From Oculina patagonica (taxonomy: Eukaryota), in contig NC_135766.1 in assembly GCF_052425735.1 (NCBI RefSeq), positions 26,908,001 through 26,972,000 on the forward strand: a DNA stretch of 64,000 nucleotides, read 5' to 3'. Under the pieces are notes generated by a model. The model was not told the DNA's origin. It made no database searches and saw only the letters and a program-made list of their open reading frames with translations. A program made the position numbers and the translations under genes. This document shows, piece after piece, positions 24,354-37,523 of the stretch (its first letter is position 1; each line of letters begins with the position of its first letter).

Positions 24354-27300
24354 ATGTTGTTTGCTAAGGAATATACCGTTTTTCTTCGGTTCACGGTATG
24401 GCTTGGGATTTTCGCTGTCGTTTGCGCAACTCATAGTTATTCCCCAGACGATCCACGGCATTACAGCTCGCTTTCTAGCTCAGCTTCAACCAAAACTCAC
24501 TCCTCGGCATCTCAAGTGGCGAAGATGGATGGCGATGTTTTCCTGGGCGGACTTTTCCCAGTTCACGCAAAAGGAAACGGTTCGACCTTGTGCGGTGAAC
24601 TGAATGAGCAGGTTGGAATTCATCGAGTAGAGGCTATGTTGTACGCTATTGATCAGGTACAAGTCCTTAATGTTCATTTTCGTCTTTTTTAAGGTGTTTG
24701 TTTTTGGATGTTATGTAAACAATTCTGTTCCTTATTGGTGCTTTTTATCGGCCACGATTCGTATATTTTAAGATGCAAACAATTTAAATCCAATCTGTAG
24801 AGGCTCTGGTAGATTATCCCATTAAAACCTCTTCAATTTTGGTATCCCTTTCAGTGGCTTCGCTTCAAAAATTCAGAAAATGTGTTAAATCTAACGCTGG
24901 ATTGAACTGTGATGGAGAAAACAACAACTTAAAAGTAAATAAATGGTTGATTTGACACTGGCTGTTCTCAAACTAGAGAAGTATAATCGGTCTTAATCGA
25001 ATTGCACTTGAGCAAACAACGATTTATTCAGACGTATGGAAAAGCCCAATAGAATATTTCTTATTTTTTTTCCTTTTGTTTTGTAAGAATTTTTAAAAAT
25101 ATTACACGTTTATCTTTATATTTAATATCACAACTTTACATCGCAATAAGTTCAAATCCGAAAAGATAAAAACAATTAATGCAAATTTCGCCTGAGGAAA
25201 ACAAAACTTAATTTCACGTTTTCCGTTGGCTAACGATTTCTGCTCTAGATTTGCATTTTCATAATAAAAACGCCACGGCGATAATCATTTAGTTTGAAGT
25301 GTTTGCAAACCTCTCGTTTAAACCCCGCAAAATAATTAAATAAGAATACCGACTCGTAAATCGCGGCTCTTGAACAATGCTAAATTCTTAACATCTCCTC
25401 TTGTCTTTGTATCAAAGAACAATTTAATAGAAATTTTCTCAATCACAGGCTTTTTTGTATAAATAAAATAGAAAGAGAAGGATGGGTAAACATTCTGTCC
25501 TTCTTGAAGCTATATTCAATAACGCGGTCACTATACCGCTGAAGGTATATAATCTTTAATTAACTTGCTGTGACGTCACAGCAGGTGTTTGTTGATATTG
25601 CAGTAATTTAAAACTTTATATTTCTATTGCTTGCCAGTTCCTGTATAATATATACTGTCAAATATGATGAAATGTCATTTTACGTATGGGCAGTGAGTGG
25701 GCAGGGTATATTTTCAAACGACCATACTTATTAAATATCTCAAAATTAAAACAACCAAATTAAATTCCGTTTTCAATTCAATTTCCTCCTGCAAAAATTT
25801 CACACTGTTCAATAATGGAAAGATCCACTCCTTAATTGATGGAATAAGTACAAACAAAACGACTAATTTTTCTTCGCCTTTATACATTGATGCTGCCTCT
25901 GAAAGGATAAAAGACGTCCGCTCTAAATCAAATCAAAGGTTGGTGATCCAACTGGATCACTACAAAATCCGTGGGAAATTAAAAAAAGGAAATAATAAAA
26001 TTGTGTTTAGTTTTATAACCCAGTAACAGAAAGCTTAAGATAGTATATACAGTCACTTAAGCCAATCAAATTGCTTGAAAAACAGTAGCGTCTAGGCCTA
26101 ATGACTTCGCGGCAGATGTGCGCAATTTGTTCCCAGGGCTCTCTTTCCCGTTTATATCGAGACAGATTGAGGAGCCTGGAACGGTTCAAACGAGGGAACA
26201 AGTGCGGTACTTCTTAGTTTCGTTTTCATTTTTTTCCTGAAATGTCAGCAATTTCCTCGTCATTCAAGGAACTTCTCTTGGATTAAGAGACGAAGAGACC
26301 ACTATTATTACCGGTTAGAGTGGTTTTCACTTGAGTGTCGAAAGTAAGTTGCTTTCGATTTGGTTTGCATTACTACGCTCAGTGATTGGTTTAGAAAAGT
26401 CGCGCCACTTCCTCGACCAATTAGAAGTACAACCAAAACCAATCATTACTCCCTAGCGCACGTTTTTCCGCGCTTCTCATCACTACATGTCAACCTCGTC
26501 CTCAGAGCAACCTGTCTCTGTTACATGAGTTTTGCTGGTTCACTGGATTGTCTATGTGTTTTGTGATTAGCCAGAGTGATGACTTTGGTTTTAGTTTAAC
26601 GATACTCAATTAAAAACCTCTCTAACTCATTTTACAAATTTGCTTTTTCCCCTTACAGGTGAATAACAACAGCAATCTTCTTCCAAACATCACGCTTGGT
26701 ATGGAGATTCGTGACGATTGTGGAACAGTTAACACGGCTTTGGAACAATGTCTAAACTTTGTGCTCGGTACACTGACAAATAAGGAACAGATATGCAGTT
26801 CCCTTCAGGGGCCTGCTGCGGTGAAGAAAAAGGCTACTCTGGTAGGGGTGGTGGGGCCATCATACAGCATCACCACAATACAGGTAAATAAAACTGAATA
26901 TAATCAGTACATTTCATTTCATTTTATTTAAACATTGACAGCAAAATATAAATTTTATACTACTCGCAAAATAGCAACAGCTTATCGGGGCGGGTAGTAA
27001 TTATAACAATCGTGTCGGTAACATTTTAAAATAAAAATAGTTACATTAACAAACAAAAAAAGAATGTCGTAGGAAATACGGATAAATTACAAGCGATTTA
27101 CGTGATAATATTAACAATACTTCATGCCTCGGCACGTGCTTTTGTCCCTAGACGTGCAATCTTCCCCACCCACCCAAACTTCGTAACGTTCGCGGGGGAA
27201 GATTGCGTGACAAATAGAATAAATAGTAAAGAAAGAGTGATCAACACCTATTTTCTCCATACAATATCGAAACATTGTCAAGTAGGCAGGTGTTGAGAAT

Positions 27301-30300
27301 AAAGAAAATCATCACTCTGAAAATAATGTCTTGATGTAACCACCAAATTCTCAGAACTGGCATTTAAAGAAATGTATAAGAATCAGTTAGGAGAATTGAC
27401 ATTTTGAGATTGTAAAAGATGGAAAGTTAGATATGGACTTTGGAGCTTCCCTTATTTCGTCTTTGTAAAGTTAATAATGTCAATGATATTGAAAGAGCAG
27501 TTGAGACGATAACTTCAGAAAACAAACACACTTTTCCTTTAGTTCGTCGAGCAAACACCAGCCCCACACCTGGAGGGCCGATTTTTTCCCCCCCTCTCTG
27601 GCTTTCTTTTCACTCAGACTTCCTCGACGAAAAGCGTAGTCTCCTTCGCAGTCATTTTTTGGGGGTAGGGGGGGATGTCACGCAACGCTCTCCCAGGGAG
27701 AGTTTGCAAAGGAGACTACGAACAACGGGAAAAGAGAGAGACTGCTTGTAAACTGACAGAGTCTTTCGCTTTCTAGGTCGCCAGTCTTCTCCGCCTCTTT
27801 GATGTGCCACAAGTCAGCTACGCCGCAACAAGCGCTGAATTGAGCGACAAAGGCAGGTTTGAATACTTCGCTCGCACTGTCCCCCCGGATTCATTTCAGG
27901 CACGAGCCATGGTAGACATCATCACCTACATGAACTGGACAGCGGTTTTCGTTGTGCATTCACGTGGCAGCTATGGTGAACAAGGCATGGAGATTCTTGA
28001 AGAGTTCTCCAAGCAGGCAAACGTATGCATTGCTGATCATCGACAACTAGAACCGGATTTTACTTTAGAGGACTATGACCAGATCATAGACAAATTCCTC
28101 AAGGAAAACGACATTCGCGTGGTAGTAATGTTCTGTAATTCTGAAGATCTTCGCTCGATGCTCTTGGCCGCCAAAAGAGCGCAAAACAGAGGCGTCAAGA
28201 AGCGGTTTATTTGGTTGGCGAGTGATTTCTGGGGGACGAAATTTCGACACCTTGAAGGTTTAGAAGATATAGCTGACGGAGCCATTACTTTTGAGTTCCA
28301 AACATTTGATGCACAGCTCAAGCCTTTCTACGATTATTTTTCTAAACTTAAACCACTGAATAACTCAAGAAATCCTTGGTTTAAAGAATACTGGGAGAAG
28401 CGTTATGGTTGTGATTTTGGCAACGATTCTTCGCCTGAAAATCAATGTGGCCATTTCCCAGACAACCATACGTCCGTTCTTCATCGATTTGATGCTAAAG
28501 TACCTTTTGTCATTGATGCGGTCTTCTCATTTGCGCATGCGCTTCACAATATGCAAAGGAACGTTTGCGGGTCGGTACCAGGCCTCTGTCCGGAGATGGG
28601 AACTTTGGATCGTACGACACTTTTGCAGTATCTTCGTAACGTGTCTTTTAACGGCACAACAGGGTTGGTAAGATTTGATGAAAATGGCGATAGCGCTGGA
28701 AAATACGACGTCTATGTGTTTAAAAAATCTCGCAGCAATTCTTACCAAAAGCTGGGCAGCTGGATTGAAGGAGAATTGACCTTTGACTCTAACGAGCTTT
28801 TCCATGGTGATACTTCCCTCGAATCGCATTGTGGGAAGCCTTGCGGGCCCCGGGCTATCAAGCGCATGCGGGTCTGTTGCTGGACATGTGAAAACTGTGA
28901 CGCAGACTCGTACGTAGCTAACGAGTTCACGTGCCAGACATGTGACAAAGGAAAGAAACCGAATGCTACATTTAACGGCTGTGAACCTTTACATGAAGTA
29001 TATCTCAACAGTGTTTGGATAGCTGTCGTTGTGACGTCTGCTTCACTCGGAATTCTTGCCACGTTCATCGTTTGCGCAGTGTTTATTAAATTCGCTAAAA
29101 CGCCGCTCATTAAGGCTTCTGGACACGAATTATCCATTGTTCTTCTTCTCGGAATAATACTTTGTTACGGCTTCGCTTTCATTATGGTCTCGTATCCAAA
29201 CACAGTTGTTTGTGCGTTTCAAAGATTTGGAATTGGATTATGTTTCTGTGTTTGCTACGCTTCCCTGCTAGTGCGCACAAATAGAATCGCGCGAATATTC
29301 AGCGGAGTTAAAACACCTTCCTTCATCAGCCCCAAGTCTCAACTTCTAATTACTGCTGTCATTATAGCTCCAGAACTCGCCATGGCGATAACAGAACTTT
29401 CACTCCGTCCACCGAAGGCCGTTGCTTCGTATGAACAAAAAGACTTCGTCCTCATCAAGTGTAACATTAGCACTGCCGCTATGGTCAGTCTGTTTGGATA
29501 CAACGCATTTCTTATCATACTTTGTACATTTTACGCGTTCAGGACTCGTAAAACGCCGTTGAATTTTAACGAAGCAAAGTTTATTGGCTTCTGTATGTAC
29601 ACGACTTGTGTGATTTGGATTGCTTTCGTCCCGGTGTACTATGGGATAGGTGGCGGTTTTCAAGCTGTAGCACTTGCCTTTAGCTCCATAATAAGTGCTA
29701 CAACGATCTTAATATTCATCTTCTTGCCAAAAGTGTACATTGTGTTATTTAAACCTGAGAAAAACATCAGAAGCAACTCTAGGCTGCGTTCAAGAACAAA
29801 GTCGCTGGATTTTAATCAACCAGAATTGGACGAAGTTTGTAACGGTAAGCCTTGTAGTATACAAAAACCATTTTTGTTAGAGTTTTTTTTTTCGCAAACC
29901 CCTTTCCAACAAAATACTTACGTAAATAATAAAGATAGTAAATTTAAGCTCGACGCCGAAATCTGATCCTAGCAGTATGCAGGACACGTGTCACGTATCA
30001 ACCTGGTTAATGGCCCACCCCCAGGGGGGGGGGGTACTCCGGCTTGTAAATGACGGGGATGAACGAATAGAGGCAAAACTCAGGACCCAAAAAAGTCTTC
30101 CGACATTACCCAAAAAAATCCTTGGACCAAAAATAACCCCCCAAAAAAACCCCATGTCAAATAACCCCTAAATTGCCAGGAGGGGCAAGAACATAACACA
30201 AAGAACACTCGTTTTGTTTATTCATGATACCATTAATACGCCAAGGCCGTGCCAAGTCCCTTTAGTTCGTTTTTAATACCCAAAAAAATCCCATCTAAAT

Positions 30301-30977
30301 CAAGTCACCCAAAAGAATACTTGCCATTTTCCAACCCAAAAAAATCCCGGAATCGAAAATTTCAAACCCAAAAAAATCCTTCGATCATCCCCGTCATTAA
30401 CAAGCCGGAGTACCCCCACTGGGGGCCCAGCTCACCACGCGTCTCTCGTAGCCCAGTTGTTTAGAGCGCCCAACCGGTATCTGGGAGGCCATGGGTTCGA
30501 TTCCCGTCGGGAACTTAGATTTTTTCTTTGTCCCATGCTCGTGTCATTGTTGAACAATTCATCTTCATTAAAATACTTACGGTTATGTAAGGCGAGCCTG
30601 TGCTTTCTTTCATTTCCTGGTTGACCCAGTGCACGTGAGCACTAAGTGACTAGCACTCATTTTCACGTGTCAGAATCCTTCTAGAATTCTTCTGACGTGT
30701 GATTGGTCAGATATTGTCACGTGGTGAAGAATGTGGATGTTCAGGCGGGAATGTAAAAAAAGGTTTTCTTACGCAATTTTCAAGTTCTAATTCCAACACT
30801 TGTCAGTGACACTTGTCCAAGTAAGCAAGATTTCTATTTTTGTGTGATTCCACAGGTCAGTCGTACCGTAAGCCCAGTAGCACCCCGGCTACACCAACCT
30901 TGATAATGAACAAGATGGTCAACGGTGGGTCACCCAAGCAAAGTCATCTTTACACACCTCGCATCACAGCTATTTGA
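24354..30977 (+). CDS. Metabotropic glutamate receptor (class C GPCR), ~905 aa, 4 coding exons
   Basis: Exons 24354-24656, 26659-26883, 27777-29844 and 30856-30977. Signal peptide; Venus flytrap motifs [60 protein letters not shown]; Cys-rich CCWTC; 7TM with [44 protein letters not shown]; ends ITAI*. Confidence 0.95.
26316..26624. mobile_element. TAGAGC/GCTCTA-family MITE, degenerate copy
   Basis: TAGAGTGGTTTTCACTTGAG..CTCAATTAAAAACCTCTCTA; similar along its length to 31035-31319 and 41506-41786. Confidence 0.8.
27637..27718. mobile_element. Tiny TAG..CTA palindromic element with ~9-bp TSD
   Basis: TAGTCTCCTTCGCA..TGCAAAGGAGACTA with flanks CGAAAAGCG and CGAACAACG. Confidence 0.55.
29923..30569 (+). 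mobile_element. tRNA-mimic repeat insertion with inverted 5' piece and 12-bp TSD, interrupted by a TIR element
   Basis: TSD AAAATACTTACG at 29911-29922 and 30570-30581. A-box-like TAGCCCAGTTGTTTAGAGC (~30449), B-box GGTTCGATTCC (30494-30504) and a T-run at ~30520. Segment 29924-29952 is the same family in the opposite orientation. Confidence 0.8.
30018..30423. mobile_element. G/C-run-terminated TIR element nested in the tRNA-mimic repeat
   Basis: GGGGGTACTCCGGCTTGTAAATGACGGGGATGA / TCATCCCCGTCATTAACAAGCCGGAGTACCCCC; GGCCCA duplicated at 30012-17 and 30424-29. Confidence 0.8.
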
Positions 30978-31034
30978 TGTTACACTCAACAATCGATGTT
31001 ACTGTGGATTATGGCCGCTTCAGTAGCAATTTTC

Positions 31035-31319
31035 TAGAGCGGTTTTCACTTGAGTGTCGAAAGTTAATTGCGTTTGCTTTGGTTTTGCATTGCTACGCTT
31101 AGCGATTGGCTTAAAAATCTCGCGCCACTTTTTCAGCCAATCAGAACTAAAACCAAAACCAATCGTGACTCGCTCGCGCACGTTTTCCCGCGCTTCGTGC
31201 CGGTTGCATGTATTTGCTTTGAGTTTTGATTGGTTCACAGGATTGTCTGTGCCCTTTGTGATTGGCCAGAGTAATTACTTTGGTTTTGGTTTTACGATAC
31301 TCAATTGAAAACTGCTCTA
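31035..31319. mobile_element. TAGAGC-family MITE in the mGluR 3' UTR region with a 27-bp flanking duplication
   Basis: TIR TAGAGCGGTTTTCA / TGAAAACTGCTCTA; TATGGCCGCTTCAGTAGCAATTTTCTA at 31010-31036 and 31318-31344. Confidence 0.88.
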
Positions 31320-32481
31320 TGGCCGCTTCAGTAGCAATTTTCTAACGATGGTGCACAATAAATTCAAAGTAATGACAAGCAAAAGCACGGCATGAAAAGT
31401 TGGCTTTGACACATACCTTTGACTCAGGCAAAGGCCGTCTATAATTTTGTTTAAAGATAGAACGCCTTTTATGTTTATCTAAGGTGTAAAGCCCTGGCCA
31501 AACGAGGATGGTTGCCCTTGAAGTTTTCGCTTGGGAGAGTCATCAAGCTCTCATTTACTCTTATGAGAAATTTGAGCACGTTTAAAGTCGATGAGAGTGC
31601 ATAAGAGTTCCATGCAAAACGAGAGTGAGAGTTTGAACTTTCATCAACTCCCATCCTCGTTTGGCCCGGTCGTAACCAAAGTACCGTGAAATGTGATGTA
31701 TGTGTCTCGATTCCCGTCAAAACTGTTACTAACTTTGACGAGCGTCAAATTCCTGTCAAAGGCGATATCAAAGAACTTATTAAACTTTGACACCCGTTGT
31801 CAAAATAAGTCATCTATCTTTGTCTTACTTTTGATGCGAAACAAAAGTGAGACAAAGTCAACTTTTTGTGCCGTGTCGTGTCGTTATGGCGACAAAATAA
31901 TAAACCAATCAGAACTCACAGTAGAAACATGTTACCGGTGGCAAGCGCGTGAAAATTTGTAAGCTGCAAAACCGAAATCTGAAAAGCGCAGAAAAAGTGT
32001 AACCAGTGGTCTTCGTAAAAACGCGGGAAATCTTGTAACCGGTGAAAACTGAAAAGCGCAGCAAATTGGTTCTTTAAAATGATAGTGGGAACCTCGTATT
32101 TTTAGAAGTTTTTACGTTTACTGGACACACTTTTTGTGCATAGTGTCGCCTAATTTTGTAATATAATTTGGACCGATTTTTTAAATTGACCTGCTGAAAT
32201 ATTTCAGTATGATAAAGGTGTCTGTACATAAAGTTGAAAACAAACGAAGTTGATAAAAATATATTTTACTGTAAAATACGCTATAAATTTATTTAAAAAT
32301 TAATTTGACTCGAAATTATTTTAAAATCTTTTTAAAAAAGCGCGTATATATGTATGCTTTTATCTGCAGTCGCCTGTGTCGGCTGTACATTCTTTTAAAT
32401 AATTTTTTCATTGTAATTTTAGAATCTTTTTTTAAAATAAACCTGAATTAGTTAAGTAAAAATAAATTTTTATTTATCTTT

Positions 32482-32923
32482 AAGGTCGGGACAAACTATG
32501 CGAGTCGTTCCGTATGTACTGCTTAAAAACAAGTCGCTGCGACAAGGTGTTTGTTCGGAGCACAAACAGCGAATTTGGAAGGGTGGGAATGTGAACTAGT
32601 TTTCCAATTCAATACGGCGAAAATACATGACGCCCTCTCATTGGTTAATTTATAATTTGTCGCGGCAACTTGTCGCAGCGATTTGTCGCAGACGTGTACA
32701 CACGCTGCGGCAACGCTGCTATCGCTCATTTTGTCGCTGCAATCATGGTGTCGCACGAATTCAAACTGGTTTGAATTCGTGCGACACATCGCAGCGACAA
32801 AATTTTGTCGCAGCGACTGGTTTGTCGCAAGAATGCACAGCCATGTCGCACGAGGCGACATGTCGCAGCAACATGTCGCCGCGACGTGTTGCAGCGACGT
32901 GTCGCCTAGTGTGTCCCGACCTT
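32482..32923. mobile_element. PIF/Harbinger-like MITE with TGTCGC/GCGACA sub-repeats
   Basis: AAGGTCGGGACAAACTA / TAGTGTGTCCCGACCTT in a TWA context. Confidence 0.7.
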
Positions 32924-33555
32924 TATGGTTCTCTGATTCTTTCCTGAACACCTTAAGCGGGACAAAAACTTACATCCCTAAACGAGTCGACGAGCATTCC
33001 CGCCTTATCCCCGCGGGGATAACAATGACACAGTAAACCATCAGCCAAGTGATATATACGTATGAAATCCACCATTTATTTAACAAATCGACCACATATT
33101 TTATCCATGGTTTACACTCAATCTGATAGATCATATAAATGACGTCATAAAATGACAAAAACTCAAGTGGAACCACGCGCCGTTAGGCAAGTGATTACAC
33201 TGCAAAGGTTTGGACATTTTATGACGTCATTTCTGTGGTCTATAACAGTGCAACAAAGGTCTACAAGAGTGTAGACCGTGACAAAAATGTGCTCAATTTG
33301 TTTTTTTCAATAACACCGAACATTTACCGGTGAACAAGTTGGAAAATCAGTACAAAATAGCGCGCGCGTGTGACAGCTCATAAGATCGCAATTTTTTGCA
33401 CTTGAAGCCGACGAATGTGTGGCAAATTTCGTCCCAAATGTTACGGTTAACATTTCACAACTCACTGGATTCTGTTTTTGGAAATTTCTCAGGTTTTCAG
33501 AAATTTGCCTTACGTTGCGTTACAGTTACGTCATTTTCGTGGTCTATACTCTCAT

Positions 33556-33992
33556 CCCGGGGGGGGAGGGGGGGGTACTTGGGTAAATGTTTGTTGGGTA
33601 TGTGTCGCTGGCCTCTCAGAACCCCTACCCCATTATATTCTTATTCTATGGCCAATTATAGACCCCATCTTAGTCACTTTTGGGTAAATTTAATTTTTAC
33701 GACCTTTTTTTGAACTTAGTCACTTTCTGGGAGCTGTTTGTCAATTATTGAACAACAGCAATAAATACGGTAACATTTGTTTCGGCGAATATTTCCGTTC
33801 ATAAATCACAACTTGCCAGATTTTCGTACTCTCAAAATCCCGGAAAAGTGTGACCCCATTCTAGTCACCCTATAAAAAATGCTTGAAATGGCGACCCCAT
33901 TATAGTCAGTCCAGTCGTGAAAATGCGACCCCATCCAGCGGCACATCCCCATTAGCCCATTTATAGGAAGTGCCCCCTCCCCCCCCCCCGGG
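33556..33992. mobile_element. CCCGGG-terminated non-autonomous DNA element with 8-bp TSD
   Basis: CCCGGG+G-run..C-run+CCCGGG; ACTCTCAT at 33548-33555 and 33993-34000. Confidence 0.8.
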
Positions 33993-34357
33993 ACTCTCAT
34001 CGACCGTAGACCAATGTGCGCGCGAAAATTTTCTCTTAGTTATTGTGTACATACGAAACACTGCACGTCTAATAACTAAAGACACTTGTGACTCCACGTT
34101 CTTCTTAACTGAAACCGTGTTTTTGCTGCGCGCAAATGTATCACTCCTAGTGGGTGTTTTCGGCAAGACACTTTACTCTTATAAAGCGTCAGTCTTCTGC
34201 CAAAGTGTGTTCTGACTAAACTGACGAATTATCGAGGCAGCCCTACCGAAAATACTGCGAGGAAATCTGCGCCGAATAGACTAGCACACCCTGATCTAGG
34301 GGGAACAGTTTACCCCTAGTTGATTACTGCAATAGAAGCCAGTGTTAGTCTCATGGT

Positions 34358-34411
34358 TAGCCTGCGAGCAGGCTCTAGTTGCCCTCGAATAAAGAGCCTG
34401 CTCGAAGGCTA
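34358..34411. mobile_element. 54-bp TAG..CTA palindromic element with 9-bp TSD
   Basis: TAGCCTGCGAGCAGGCTCT / AGAGCCTGCTCGAAGGCTA with flanks TCTCATGGT and TCTCATGTT. Confidence 0.65.
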
Positions 34412-35249
34412 TCTCATGTTTTGCCGATTTTTTGTTGCATTAAAATTGTATTCGCGGCAAAGATTACATTATGATGTGAGGCTGTTAATTAGGAATACGT
34501 TAAACTCGTTAAATCTGCCGCTTATCTGTCGAAAAAGATTTGTTTTGTCGTTAATATAAAGACACTGACCAATAATATAGCCAACTTGCAAGTTCCCGTA
34601 TGAGGGTTGCGCAGTTTGATACAATTTTTCTGGCTGGGAATCAAATTAATACCTTACAATGGAAAATAGAATGAAAATAATAAGCCTTTAAAGCACGCAA
34701 ATCTTTTGGTCGCATTCTGCTTATCCACCGTTTTAATTCAATTTCACTGTTTGCTTTGTCGTAAAGGAAAAATCAATTTCTTGCACTATAACTGTTATTT
34801 TTTATGAGAAACGCTATTTTAATTTCTTAACTTGCGTTAGCTCTTAAAAGAAATGATAAATAACGACTGTCGTTCCGTTTTACCACCAACAAGCTTAGTC
34901 ACTTTGTCCTTTGTACTAATTGAGAAATTTCCATCAAAGGTCATTAAGTAAAAAAAAACACCTGCGTTGCTTTCGTAGAAGAAACAAATATTACTGTGTG
35001 GAGTTCTTTTAAACACAGTAATCGGGATATAAACTAAGTCAAATTACGTTCAAAAAGCGTTTAGCTAGCTAAAATCCATGATATTTTAGATGCTTGTTTG
35101 AAATTGACTAAGCAACGACGGAAGGTTAGAATAATTTTGACAAATCTGTCACGTCGCGTGTAAGGTTTGTTGAACAATGGACGACTCAATGGGATGTTAT
35201 TATTTTGTGCGCTAGTTCCCGTGTATCCATGGCGGGAAGGCAGGTATCG

Positions 35250-37523
35250 TCCAATCAGAAGCTTTCAAAATATTTAGTTTCATTCCACCTTAACTGGTGG
35301 ACCATTAATAAAACATTCGTCTTCTTTCAAGCATAAACAACGGACAAGCCGTGCAACTTTTGAGCTGGAAGTCTTTTGAAGGATAAAAGTTCCTTTCAGA
35401 TTGAAGGTAAGGAAGTTTTGTGAATGAAGTTAATTTTGTAATAATTTTTTTATGTGCTTTTGACGGTTGTTTTGTAAATGATTAAATTTGAACAACCTTG
35501 CCCGTCGGTTTAAACGCAGAAATTGCTCGGTTAAATTGTCTGCCACAATTGAAGTGTTAGAATTAACGAGAAAACATATTTGTCAAGAAATCCTCTTACT
35601 AACAACAGATAAAAGCAAGTCGATGACTAATTTGCAAATTGTAGAAAATCTCAATAGCCCCTCATTGCAGAAAAGTTGGATTTCTGTTAATAATTTTTTT
35701 TAGAGTCGATCCAATTTGTGAATACTGTGCTGACATTTGAATTGGGTATTACTAATAATATTTGTATTTTTTTAGTTTATAAATCTTCCCAAATTGTTTC
35801 CGGGGTCTTTATCGTATACTTTTCGTTGGAAAAGCGTTTTTAAGACTATTCAGATTAGAGTAGTATGTCGAAGGATAGTAAGAAAATACTGAATTCATTC
35901 ACTGATGGTATTATATCCGCTAAAACTTATTTACTCGACGCAGTATGTATTCGAGTGCAGGGATTCGCCCCTTTTCTCGAAATTTCAACCAATTCCTAAA
36001 AGTTGTACACATTTGTGTCGAACATTTCATTAATATTACGTGGTTACATGTCGTAGACTGAGGCAACCACAATATAAACATACATGTATTCACCTAAACT
36101 AGTCAACTCATTTATGGTTTCCATTCGTCCGTAGCATGCATGGAAAAATTTAAATGAGCAAAGATGTAGACAAAATATATATTCAATTGAGATTGAGATG
36201 AGATTTAATGGGGATATCCCCTCTTGTTTTATTTTCATAATGCCATTGTTAACGTCTCTGATTTTCTACTTTTCCATTTAGTTTCTGAATTTTAATTCAG
36301 TTCACATACTAGGTTATTTGAATTACTTGCAGACCGCATGGCTACACTGGCAACATTGATTAGTAACAAACACACTTAATTCAATAATACATAAGGCTTG
36401 GCTAAGAAGTATATTGCACAAATACCTGCCTTTTATCAGATATTAACGCTCAATGTTCCCGCATGTAAACTGCTTTAGTATGCAAGAGTTTTGATTTTAA
36501 TCTGTCAATTAATTTGCTTATAATTACTGGGTAAGATCTCGACTGGGCGCACAAGAGGATCTGAGTCTCTGTTTGAAGGTTTAACATGAAAATACTAACG
36601 TTCACTTGAGACTATTTAACAAAGGCGAGCTCTCTTTCTTGACTCGAGTTTGATTTTAACCGCATTTTATTTCACAGCAGTTCTGGCGCCATCTGGGCTG
36701 TCTTGGTTCTTGGTCCACAGCATGAAAACATAGCTTTACTGTGGTGCAAAGCACAAGTAATAAGGCTGTCGTTAGGTTGGAATATGAATCTGCTTTATGC
36801 TACCTTTACAACCTTTTAAAGCTGGCCTTTAGGCCAGCTTTACACTCATGTTTAAAGATTGCTTAAAGAGACTAAAAATTTTAACTTTTTAAAGTTGACT
36901 TAAAAATCCTTAAATACAAACTGCAGGTTTAACGATCTTTAAGAACATGTAATCGATAGCTTAAGGGATTTAAGTGCTTGGGGGGGGAGATTTAAGCCAC
37001 CTTAAATTTTTCGTAAATCTCTATTTTCATGCTGTGTGGTATTACCAAATTTCACTTAACCTGAGTAAAGGCTAAGTAATAGAAAGACAAGCAAAAACAA
37101 ATTAATAAGAATAGAACGACTTTTCGGAGTCGTCATGTCGCCATAAATTAAGTTACACTCACCTGTAAATTGAAATGTTCAAAGTTGTTTAAAAATAATG
37201 GTTCGAATTGAATAAAACGATTTAGATGATCAGCGCTTGACAGTGAGACAAGGTCGTAGTTCTCTATTGAACATAATTCTGTTAAATTGGAAATCGAGCT
37301 TGTTTTGTACTTGAACTGTTTTTCAAGGTCGAGAAAGTCTTCTGAAGCAATACAGTGTCTTGGAAGTGCTTATCAGCAGAGGAGTAACTATAATTTATGT
37401 TCATTGATGCAATTGCGTGCAGAATGTATGATATCCAAAATATCCTATACATTGATAGTAAACAATAGGTTACTTTGTTTCTTGCACTTTCAGGTCTTTT
37501 TCAATATTTCGCTTAAAACACAA
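35250..37523 (+). promoter_or_regulatory. Candidate promoter (CCAAT) and 5' non-coding exons of the Kv1 gene
   Basis: CCAATCAG at ~35251; donor AAG|GTAAG at ~35406; a ~30-nt segment ~37493-37522 bounded by TTTCAG| and |GTAAGT; acceptor TTGCAG| at 42416, just before the ATG at 42442. The linkage is inferred. Confidence 0.35.

Noticed and set aside
29845-29966. Intron read-through giving an alternative mGluR C-terminus of the same length as exon 4 (122 nt)
   Set aside because: A strong GTAAG donor lies at 29845, and the extension runs through a poly-T and repeat-derived sequence. The equal length is probably chance.
30441-30514. Functional tRNA gene
   Set aside because: The acceptor and anticodon stems are mispaired, and the sequence sits inside a multi-copy insertion with a TSD.
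32523-33036. Cys-rich ORFs
   Set aside because: They are translations of TGTCGC sub-repeats in a MITE.
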